Position numbers and translations under genes: made by a program. A stretch of DNA of 58,665 bases, taken from positions 1-58,665 of the forward strand of contig CAZOCO010000002.1 of the NCBI GenBank assembly GCA_964578325.1, in the 5' to 3' direction. The notes beneath the pieces are model-generated. The model was not told the origin of the DNA and searched no databases. It was given only the letters and a program-made list of their open reading frames with translations. Each line of letters starts with the position of its first letter. Position 1 is the first letter of the stretch. This DNA comes from an uncultured Muribaculum sp. (lineage in GTDB: Bacteria > Bacteroidota > Bacteroidia > Bacteroidales > Muribaculaceae). Of this stretch, positions 29,139 through 37,344 are shown in pieces.

Positions 29139-29696
29139 GTGATTGACTATCGACAAATAATCGATTATTTTTATCCGCCGGATGGAGATAATCCTGAATT
29201 ACGCCGTATATATCTCACTCATGGACGTCAGGTCGCAGATCTGGCTTTGACTATCAACAATCGTCGATCTCTTGGCCTTGACCCGCAACAGGTTGAAGCC
29301 GCCGCGATGTTGCACGACCTTGGTATATTCCGAACCTCTGCACCCGGTATCCATTGCAATGGTACCGAACCATATCTGCGCCATGGAATAATCGGGGCAG
29401 CCATACTGCGTCATATCGGCGCACCGGAAGAGTGGGCCCGTGTAGCTGAATCGCACACCGGTACGGGGATTACCAAGGAAGATATTATACAGCAGAACAT
29501 GGACTTGCCGCTTGCCGATTATTGTCCGGAGACACTATTGGAAAAGCTTATATGCTATGCCGACAAATTTTATTCAAAGAGCGGCACTATGAGCCTGAAG
29601 CCTTTGTCGAAAGTGCGCAGTTCGCTGGCGCGACACGGTTCCGACTCGTTGGCGCGCTTTGAAGAGCTTCACAAAATGTTTTCTATCGACGATTAG
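29139..29696 (+). CDS. HD-domain phosphohydrolase
   Basis: H...AAMLHDLG, HTGTG and ICYADKFYSK. Confidence 0.85.
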   Translation: MIDYRQIIDYFYPPDGDNPELRRIYLTHGRQVADLALTINNRRSLGLDPQQVEAAAMLHDLGIFRTSAPGIHCNGTEPYLRHGIIGAAILRHIGAPEEWARVAESHTGTGITKEDIIQQNMDLPLADYCPETLLEKLICYADKFYSKSGTMSLKPLSKVRSSLARHGSDSLARFEELHKMFSIDD

Positions 29697-31090
29697 TTTT
29701 CCGGTAGAAACATCGGATCCCATGCCGGCAGACGCTCCGGTTGCTGTTTGAGCAGATCGAGAGTCTTTTTTGGTACATATTTTTTGTTGAGTACCAGACG
29801 AAACATGTATTCGTCAAACCAGCGGTCGGTCATGACGAGATGGCCGTCGTTGGCACCCGGGCCCCATGAGTTTTCTACCATCCATTTCACCGGGCGACCG
29901 TTGTCATCGAGGTCGACAGCCATCAGTGTCATGGCATGCGACGATCCGCTGGCATGCGTGTAGACACGGTCGTGTTTATTCATGGAGAAGTCTGTGCCAA
30001 GCAGTGCTCCGTAGTCGTAATTGTCGATGTCGAGCAGTCCGCGGTCGCGGTCGAGAAACTTCGCTACGTCGCACGAGAAATACATCATCGTGCTGTCTTT
30101 TATCGATTCTATCGCCATAGCCTTTATCTCGTCTACTGGCAAGTTGATATAAGTCCAGTTCTGACCGTCGTATGTATGACGGTCGTAGTCTATCTCGAAT
30201 GTCTTATAGTATGGTCGGGTAGGGTCATTCATTACCATCACATAGTCGCCACGCAGATCGTTGCCGGCATAGGTGTTGTAGAATTCGATCGGAGTGTAGG
30301 TGCGTGTGTCGATGGCGTTGCCAGAGCTGTCGCGTCGTGTCCAAGTGAATTCTGTAGTAGGCTCGCCGAGATTAAGCACGAGCATACGGTATATGTCGCC
30401 GAGCATAGCTGTCTTCCGTTCTTCGAGCGATTCTGCCGAGACCCCGTTGGCAGCGTCGCGGCGCAGTTCAAGACCATATTCCCGCAGCTTGAGCGACAGC
30501 AATTGGTTGAAACGAGATGTCGAGTTGGCGGTATTGGTCTCCGGCATTACTTCTGCCGGAACCACGCCATATTTCATTATGAGCTCTGATACTCCGGTCC
30601 ACTGCCCTCCGTCGCTCAACGGATGGGTGAACAGCCAGTCTACGGTACGGTCGTCATCGGGCCGCGTGGCTGTGTCGATTATTCCCTGAAGGAAGAGATT
30701 TGATTTTTCAAGTTGATCCCAGAAAAACAGATAGCTCTGAGAAAGTTCCAGCTTGTCGAGATTATGCGTGGCCATCATCTGTGCCCTCAATACGTTCAGG
30801 CCTGTAAAGAGCCAGCAACGCCCCGACTGGCGTTGATTGGTGATACCGCGGCTCTTGACCTTATGACTGAAGTTTGTGTCGACTGGCCGGCGGTTGTCGG
30901 CATTGACAGCCAACTTATTTATGTCGTTGCCGGCTATTGCGTTGCGTAGTGCGCGGTCTTCGGCCGTACCTTTATAGTGCGATTTGATTTCTGTGAGCAT
31001 GCCGGGGGTTATAGATCCCGACTGTGAGTATAGAGAGGCCGGTAGGATCATTACTACCGATGCTGCCAGAGCGTGTTTGAGTATATTCAT
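29693..31090 (-). CDS. pepC: Aminopeptidase C (C1B, bleomycin hydrolase family), secreted
   Basis: NQRQSGRCWLF (Cys), HAMTL (His), VENSWG (Asn) and the terminal LPAWDPM. Confidence 0.92.
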   Translation of the reverse strand: MNILKHALAASVVMILPASLYSQSGSITPGMLTEIKSHYKGTAEDRALRNAIAGNDINKLAVNADNRRPVDTNFSHKVKSRGITNQRQSGRCWLFTGLNVLRAQMMATHNLDKLELSQSYLFFWDQLEKSNLFLQGIIDTATRPDDDRTVDWLFTHPLSDGGQWTGVSELIMKYGVVPAEVMPETNTANSTSRFNQLLSLKLREYGLELRRDAANGVSAESLEERKTAMLGDIYRMLVLNLGEPTTEFTWTRRDSSGNAIDTRTYTPIEFYNTYAGNDLRGDYVMVMNDPTRPYYKTFEIDYDRHTYDGQNWTYINLPVDEIKAMAIESIKDSTMMYFSCDVAKFLDRDRGLLDIDNYDYGALLGTDFSMNKHDRVYTHASGSSHAMTLMAVDLDDNGRPVKWMVENSWGPGANDGHLVMTDRWFDEYMFRLVLNKKYVPKKTLDLLKQQPERLPAWDPMFLPEN

Positions 31091-31169
31091 CGTTGATAGG
31101 TTTTGTGCAAAAGTACGAAAAAATCCTGTTTTTCTTGGCCGGATGGTTAATTTAGGCTATTTTTACACT

Positions 31170-31703
31170 ATGAAGAAGAAAACGATATGGGATCTTGGCC
31201 GTATGTCGGCCGAAGAATTCAAGCATGCCGACAAGCTTCCGCTTATACTTGTGCTCGACAATGTGCGTTCGCTCAGCAATGTCGGCGCCATGTTGCGTAC
31301 GGCCGATGGTTTCGGATTGCAAAAAGTGATATTGTGCGGCGTCACCGGATGTCCGCCATCTCCCGAAATTCACAAGACGGCTCTGGGTGCTGAAGATTCG
31401 GTAGACTGGATGTATGCTTCCGACACGGTTGATTTAGTCCGTTCGCTTAAGGCCGACGGGGTCAGAGTGTGTGTGCTTGAGCAGGTTGAGCATAGCGTCA
31501 GTCTTGAGGATTTTGTTCCCGAACCCGAGATGACGTATGCCCTTGTTGTAGGTCATGAGGTAAACGGAGTCTCACAGGAGGTTGTCGATAATGCCGACAT
31601 CTGTCTCGAAATACCACAGTTCGGCACAAAGCACTCGCTCAATGTCTCCGTAAGTGCCGGCATTGCCATGTGGCAATTTGTGTCATCAAGTCTGAAGGCC
31701 TAA
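31170..31703 (+). CDS. SpoU/TrmH family RNA 2'-O-methyltransferase
   Basis: LDNVRSLSNVGA..RTAD, VGHEVNGV and KHSLNVSV. Start at MKKKT. Confidence 0.9.
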   Translation: MKKKTIWDLGRMSAEEFKHADKLPLILVLDNVRSLSNVGAMLRTADGFGLQKVILCGVTGCPPSPEIHKTALGAEDSVDWMYASDTVDLVRSLKADGVRVCVLEQVEHSVSLEDFVPEPEMTYALVVGHEVNGVSQEVVDNADICLEIPQFGTKHSLNVSVSAGIAMWQFVSSSLKA

Positions 31704-31831
31704 CGAGGGTTTGACATAAGTACAGTAAAAAAAGCTGTGCGTATGTTGAACCCATGTTGATTAACTTCTGGATTATGTCAACTAACCTTTGTTGAGATTT
31801 GTTGATATATAAATCTCAACATTAGAGCCTG

Positions 31832-33091
31832 ATGAAAAAAACTATTTTCTTTGCAGCAGTTGCGTTGCTGTGTCTGATGTCGCCGGTAATATCTTTTGCC
31901 GATAGTGGCGGCTATGGTTACAATATGCTTCAGTGCCAGGGTTCTGCTATGCCATATCCGGAGCGTACGGTAAAGGATTTGGCGTATCCCGACTCCCTTA
32001 CTCCGGTATTCATGAATCATGTCGGGCGCCATGGGGCGAGGTATCTGTCGTCGGCAAAATATACCCGCGATCTTATACAGACATTGTCTCTGGCCGACTC
32101 TATGCATACTATTACGCCTGCTGGACAGGAATTGTTGCAGTTGTGTGGCTACGTTGTCAAGCGTACCGATGGACGTTGGGGGGCATTGGACTCTCTCGGT
32201 GTGGTAGAGCAGCAAGCTATAGCTTTGCGGGCTTTTGAGACTTACCCGATGCTGTTTAAAGGGCGAAAGATTAGTGCCATATCATCTTACGTGCCTCGCT
32301 GTGTGATGTCGATGGACGAATTTACCCACCGGCTGACGCGTCTTGACAGTGATATTGAGATATATACATCATCCGGGCCGCAGAACAACCGATTGGTGCG
32401 TTTCTGGGAGTGTGATAGCGACTATACGACGTTTATCAACGGAGACGAGTGGCGCAGTGTCTACAAAACATATGTCGACACACACGCGCCTGTTTCTGTC
32501 GCATCGCATCTATTGGGTGAAAATTTCCCCATTTCCGACAAGAAAGCCCGCGATTTTGGTATTAATGTATATAAGGTTGTGGCAGGATGTAGCGCCATGG
32601 GTATTTCGGTAGACATGTCGCGGTATTTCACCGATGCCGAAATGAATGAACTGTGGAGTATAGAGAATCTTCATCACTATCTCACTCATTCGGCCTCGTC
32701 GCTTTCAGCCGTGCCCGCTACTATGGCATCTCCTTTGCTGTCTGAACTGATACGAACCGCCCAGGAGGCCGTTGAGGGAGAAAATCCTTATAGCGCCATG
32801 CTTCGGTTTGGTCATGCTGAAACCCTGATGCCTCTATTGTCGTTGATGCAGTTGCCCGGATGTTATTATATAACCGGCGATTTTGACACCGTAGGTTTTA
32901 ACTGGCGTGATTTTTATGTGGTTCCGATGGCATCTAATTTACAGATGATACTGTTTCGTTCTACGTCGGGGCGTTATTATCTCCGCATTGATCTCAACGA
33001 AATGCCGGTGCGGCTGATTCCTGGGAATCAGGATGTTTATATTCCTTGGAATGTGGCATATGATTATCTTGAGGAATGTCTCCATCGGTAA
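31832..33091 (+). CDS. Histidine acid phosphatase clade 2 / MINPP-type phytase
   Basis: Signal peptide; RHGARY catalytic motif; RFGHAETL (HAE proton-donor motif of MINPPs); VPMASNLQ. Confidence 0.85.
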   Translation: MKKTIFFAAVALLCLMSPVISFADSGGYGYNMLQCQGSAMPYPERTVKDLAYPDSLTPVFMNHVGRHGARYLSSAKYTRDLIQTLSLADSMHTITPAGQELLQLCGYVVKRTDGRWGALDSLGVVEQQAIALRAFETYPMLFKGRKISAISSYVPRCVMSMDEFTHRLTRLDSDIEIYTSSGPQNNRLVRFWECDSDYTTFINGDEWRSVYKTYVDTHAPVSVASHLLGENFPISDKKARDFGINVYKVVAGCSAMGISVDMSRYFTDAEMNELWSIENLHHYLTHSASSLSAVPATMASPLLSELIRTAQEAVEGENPYSAMLRFGHAETLMPLLSLMQLPGCYYITGDFDTVGFNWRDFYVVPMASNLQMILFRSTSGRYYLRIDLNEMPVRLIPGNQDVYIPWNVAYDYLEECLHR

Positions 33092-33121
33092 ATTCCCGGT
33101 TTGGTAGGAGTGCAAAGAGAA

Positions 33122-33150
33122 ACCGTCATTGGCCTGACGCCAATGACGGT
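33122..33150. terminator. Intrinsic terminator between the convergent phytase and fructokinase genes
   Basis: Perfect 12-bp stem ACCGTCATTGGC/GCCAATGACGGT with a 5-nt loop; T-rich tail on the minus strand. Confidence 0.75.
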
Positions 33151-33185
33151 AATAATCAATAATATATATGTCAACCGTTGGATTA

Positions 33186-34070
33186 TTACATTTCTGTGAT
33201 TTCGGCGGGAAGAATTGGCATTGCACCCTTTTTTGTGCATACGAATGCCGAGGTCTGCACGGCGATAGCGTGGGCCTCTTGTACAGATTTCCCTTTGAGA
33301 ATACTGGCGATAAAAGCTGCTGTGAATGAGTCTCCGGCGCCTACTGTGTCTGCAACTTCGACATGTGGCGTTGCCTGGAATGATACGTTGCCGGGAGTGA
33401 ACACATAGCTGCCGTTGATGCCACATGTCAGGATCAGCATCTTCAGATTATATTTTCCAAGAAGAATCCAGCATTTATCCTGAAGGTCGATGCCGGGATA
33501 ACCAAACATACGGCTCACAGTAATGAGTTCTTCGTCGTTGATTTTAAGTATATTGCAACGCTCCATAGAGTTGCAGAGAATCTCTTTGTTGTAGAAACCC
33601 TGACGAAGGTTCACGTCAAATACGATAAGATTGTCGGCATTCTGCGGCATGGCGTCGAGAAAACGGTTGATGGTGTTGCGCGACACTACATTGCGCTGTG
33701 CCAGCGAGCCGAAGCATATAGCTTTGGTGCGACCGGCGAGTTGTTCCAGATATGCAGTGTATGGTATGTTGTCCCATGCAACGTTTTCTTTGATGTCGTA
33801 CTGTGGTATACCGGCCTGATCTATCTCAACTTGTACTGTTCCGGTGGGATATGGTACGGTGTCGATGAGGTGGTTGAGGCCTTTCGATGTGAAATTTTCG
33901 AGAATTTCATGTCCCAGAGCATCGTCGCCGACGGCGCTCACTACGCAACTGGGGAGTCCGAACTGCGATACATGATAGGCGAAGTTGGCAGGTGCGCCAC
34001 CGATTTTTTTACCTTCGGGAAGGACGTCCCAGAGGGCTTCGCCCATTCCTACTACGATGTTTTCTTTCAT
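33186..34070 (-). CDS. Fructokinase (PfkB family)
   Basis: GEALWD, GGAPANFA, FDVNLR and DTVGAGDSFTA; located in the fructan PUL (BT1757-like). Confidence 0.9.
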   Translation of the reverse strand: MKENIVVGMGEALWDVLPEGKKIGGAPANFAYHVSQFGLPSCVVSAVGDDALGHEILENFTSKGLNHLIDTVPYPTGTVQVEIDQAGIPQYDIKENVAWDNIPYTAYLEQLAGRTKAICFGSLAQRNVVSRNTINRFLDAMPQNADNLIVFDVNLRQGFYNKEILCNSMERCNILKINDEELITVSRMFGYPGIDLQDKCWILLGKYNLKMLILTCGINGSYVFTPGNVSFQATPHVEVADTVGAGDSFTAAFIASILKGKSVQEAHAIAVQTSAFVCTKKGAMPILPAEITEM

Positions 34071-34084
34071 GGAGTATAGCGTTT

Positions 34085-35272
34085 TTAGTTATGTTTGATT
34101 TTAAGTGTATAGAGCAGAAGATATGCTACACCTACTGTCATCACGGCGATAGCTCCGGCCTGACCTCCGGTGAGGTCACTCGCAAAGCCCATGGCGAGGG
34201 GAAACACCGTACCGCCGAACAGACCCATAATCATGAGGCCCGAAACTTCATTTTTCTCTGTAGGTGTGGAGTTGAGAGCCTGTGCGAAGATTATAGAGAA
34301 GATATTGGAGTTACCGAATCCAATCAGTGCGATACCGATGTAGATGATATGGAGTGAAGTACTGGTGAAGAGCAGTATCATGGCGGCGAGCATCATCAAT
34401 GCGCTGATAGCGAAAAATACTTTCGACGACACTTTGCGCAGTATGAAGGCTCCGGTTAGGCAACCGGCGGTGCGGAAAATGAAATAGAGGCTGGTGGCGA
34501 ATCCTGCTTCTTCGAGGGGCAGACCGAGACGCTCCATCATCACTTTCGGAGCGGTGGTATTGGTACCTACGTCAATACCTACGTGGCACATGATGCCGAT
34601 GAAGCAGAGCAGAATGAACGGCCGGCCAAGCAGACGCACACATTCCATGAAGCCGGACGCTTTATCGGGTTTCTCCTCGCGGATCGGGGTCGCCGACAGC
34701 ATGGATATGGACAGTATGCTTACTATAGCATAGATTGGGAATAGTACACGCCATCCAAGGCCAAAGGTCACGGCGGCAGATGTTGCCCCCCAGGCTGCAA
34801 GAATCGGAGCCAGGAACGATGCTATGGCTTTTACAAACTGTCCGAAAGTAAGAGTCGAGGCCAGCTTGTCGGGAGCAATCAGATTTGACACCAGAGGATT
34901 CAGAGATGTCTGCATCAAGGCGTTGCCTATTCCGAGCAGTGAGAAAGCGGCAAGCATATAGTAGTAGCTGCTACCTGCTATGGGGATGATGAGCGACGCG
35001 GCGGTCACCACAAGGCTTATCAATACGGTCTTTTTGCGTCCGATACGATTCATGAGTATTCCGGTCGGCACCGAGAATATCAGAAACCAGAAAAATACGA
35101 GCGAGGGAAACAGATTGGCCTGCGAGTCGGTCAGACCGAGGTCTTTCTGCACATAATTGGAGGCGGTACCCACGAGATCTACGAATCCCATGGCAAAGAA
35201 GCACAGCATCACGGGGATTATCTGTACCAGGGCACTTTGTCGGCCCATCTTGAGTGATTGGGTGTTATTCAT
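34085..35272 (-). CDS. MFS sugar (fructose) transporter
   Basis: 12-TM hydrophobic pattern; FFAMGFVD, QTSLNPLV and CHVGIDVG; BT1758-like. Confidence 0.88.
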   Translation of the reverse strand: MNNTQSLKMGRQSALVQIIPVMLCFFAMGFVDLVGTASNYVQKDLGLTDSQANLFPSLVFFWFLIFSVPTGILMNRIGRKKTVLISLVVTAASLIIPIAGSSYYYMLAAFSLLGIGNALMQTSLNPLVSNLIAPDKLASTLTFGQFVKAIASFLAPILAAWGATSAAVTFGLGWRVLFPIYAIVSILSISMLSATPIREEKPDKASGFMECVRLLGRPFILLCFIGIMCHVGIDVGTNTTAPKVMMERLGLPLEEAGFATSLYFIFRTAGCLTGAFILRKVSSKVFFAISALMMLAAMILLFTSTSLHIIYIGIALIGFGNSNIFSIIFAQALNSTPTEKNEVSGLMIMGLFGGTVFPLAMGFASDLTGGQAGAIAVMTVGVAYLLLYTLKIKHN

Positions 35273-35289
35273 TGTTGATAAATTGTCGG

Positions 35290-37125
35290 TTAATCGATGT
35301 TTATAGAGTAAATGTCGAGATAGTTAAGTCGGGCTTTGTCGGCTATGGGTTCTACGGTCAATGTTGTGTAGGGCTTGTTAGGGAACACCAGATTGGTGAT
35401 GACGAAGTTGCCTTCTTTGTCAAATACTTCGATGCTTGATCGGTCGATAAATATACGCAGCGACTGTTCGGCACTCTTGCGCAATGTAGGTGCGGTGACT
35501 ATAGCGGGGAAGTCCTGGCTGAAGATAGTGATACCGCTGTTTGTACGATCTACACTGAATGCGCCCGATTTTGGGTCGAAGACCATCTTCACTTTGTCGC
35601 CGACGGGGTTGGATAGTGTCAGTATCACACCGGGCGACTTGAGGGCATTGACCGACATCTCGATTTCGCAGATACCGTCGTTTTCGGTCGGCAGGCTGTA
35701 GGAATGACCTTTCGGATTCAGTGTTGTCGATTTTACGCTTGTGGCGATTTTGCCACGCAATATGTCGGTCTCCGGTGATGGTATCGTCGAAATATAGTAT
35801 TCGCCGTCGTCGCCTTTAAAGAGCGACAGGTCGCGGGGGAGAGTGTTGGCGCTTCTGAACTGCATCGTGGGTACTTCGGTTGCGTACTGCCAGTTGCTCA
35901 TCCACCCTATGACAACCTTGCGGTTGTCGGGGGCGCCGCTCCACGACACGGTAGCATAATGATCTTTGCCGTAGTCCATCCACTTGGTGGGCACTTTACC
36001 CGATGTGGGGGTATCGGCAACGAAAGTCTTTCCATCGAAATCTCCTACAAAATATTGGGTAGCGCTACCTCCAAACGGGCCTCCGGGATTAATATTGCAT
36101 ATCAGCACCCACTTGGTGAGGTTGGTGCCGCGTACAGGTAGTTCCAGCAGGTCGGGGCATTCCCACACTCCGTTTTGAGCGCCATGTCCCTTGCCAAAAG
36201 AGCTTTGCAGTGTCCATGTCTTCATATCAGGCGAGGTGAATATAAGCATCTCGTGGTCGAGAGCGTGAGCCAGCAGGAGTACCCATTCTCCTTTTGCTTC
36301 ATCCCAGAACATGTTGGGGTCGCGGGCCTCGCTGTCCATGGTCAGCACGGGATTGCCGGGATACATATTGGCACTCTCTCCGTTGTCGGTGCTCCATGCC
36401 AGCGACTGTATCTGGTTTTCTCCGGCCGAGGTGTACATGAACACTATGGCGTCATTGCCGAATCCGGCACTGTTGGTATGGTCGACAGCAGCGCTCCCGC
36501 TGAATATCGTGCCAAGCCCGTCGGGTTCGATCAGAGCATCTTTATGATCCCAGTGTATCAGGTCGCGGCTGGTCGATTGGCCCCATGTCATATTTTGCCA
36601 TTTCGATCCATAGGGATTCCATTGATAGCACAGGTGCCACACACCGTCTTTGTAAAACATACCGTTGGGATCATTCATCCAGCCATATAGCGGAGTATGA
36701 TGAAATGCCGGACGGTATTTCTCGCGGTTGGTGGTATCGAAAGTGTCGCTTGTCTCGAAATTTTTCCAGCATACGTCTTCTTTCGCGTCGCGTACCGACG
36801 AACGGTTCTGCTGTGTTACGATATTGAGTACTACATTGTGTCCGGCGTATTTCTGAAGGTCAAAAGGTACCTTATAGTCTACGCGGGTCTTGGCCAGACG
36901 GACATTGATGGTGCGGTCGAGCTTTCCGTCTACGAGAATGTCGACTTTGGCATCGTCGTTTGATTCCTGCACCGGCATCAGCAGATATTTTTCGTTGCCG
37001 TCGACACGTACCAGCGTATTGTTTACGCCAAGATGTTCGATACGTACATTGTCTTCGGCTTTCATCGGTGAGGTTCCGGCGACGAATGCAAGAATGGTTG
37101 CCATTAATTGGGTTGTGTATTTCAT
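35290..37125 (-). CDS. GH32 exo-beta-fructosidase with N-terminal DUF4980
   Basis: WMNDPNG, RDP and WECPD catalytic motifs; C-terminal DRSSIEVF; signal peptide. Alternative start at 37149. Confidence 0.92.
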   Translation of the reverse strand: MKYTTQLMATILAFVAGTSPMKAEDNVRIEHLGVNNTLVRVDGNEKYLLMPVQESNDDAKVDILVDGKLDRTINVRLAKTRVDYKVPFDLQKYAGHNVVLNIVTQQNRSSVRDAKEDVCWKNFETSDTFDTTNREKYRPAFHHTPLYGWMNDPNGMFYKDGVWHLCYQWNPYGSKWQNMTWGQSTSRDLIHWDHKDALIEPDGLGTIFSGSAAVDHTNSAGFGNDAIVFMYTSAGENQIQSLAWSTDNGESANMYPGNPVLTMDSEARDPNMFWDEAKGEWVLLLAHALDHEMLIFTSPDMKTWTLQSSFGKGHGAQNGVWECPDLLELPVRGTNLTKWVLICNINPGGPFGGSATQYFVGDFDGKTFVADTPTSGKVPTKWMDYGKDHYATVSWSGAPDNRKVVIGWMSNWQYATEVPTMQFRSANTLPRDLSLFKGDDGEYYISTIPSPETDILRGKIATSVKSTTLNPKGHSYSLPTENDGICEIEMSVNALKSPGVILTLSNPVGDKVKMVFDPKSGAFSVDRTNSGITIFSQDFPAIVTAPTLRKSAEQSLRIFIDRSSIEVFDKEGNFVITNLVFPNKPYTTLTVEPIADKARLNYLDIYSINID

Positions 37126-37160
37126 GCGATGTGAATTTGATTTTATCATTTGTGACAGTG

Positions 37161-37286
37161 CAAATCTACTCCAATATCCCGACGACAGATATAATTTATG
37201 TTGCACAGGATATAAAAAATGTTGTGTAACTTAATTTTTAATACATTACACAACATTTGTCATAAGTGAAAGATTTCTTATATTTG
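37161..37286. promoter_or_regulatory. Divergent promoters of the GH32 operon and the HTCS, with operator-like repeats
   Basis: Minus strand TAGATTTG (37168-37161); plus strand TTTG (37256-37259), 19 nt, TATATTTG (37279-37286); perfect 13-bp IR at 37217-37229/37246-37258. Confidence 0.65.
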
Positions 37287-37344
37287 CATTCCGATACCAA
37301 TTAAATACACAATTAAGATATTCACTTTATCAATATCCCATACC

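Noticed and set aside
37217-37258. IRs here and at 40151-40189 as invertible-promoter ends
   Set aside because: The spacers are only 16 and 11 nt and contain no promoter, and no invertase is nearby.
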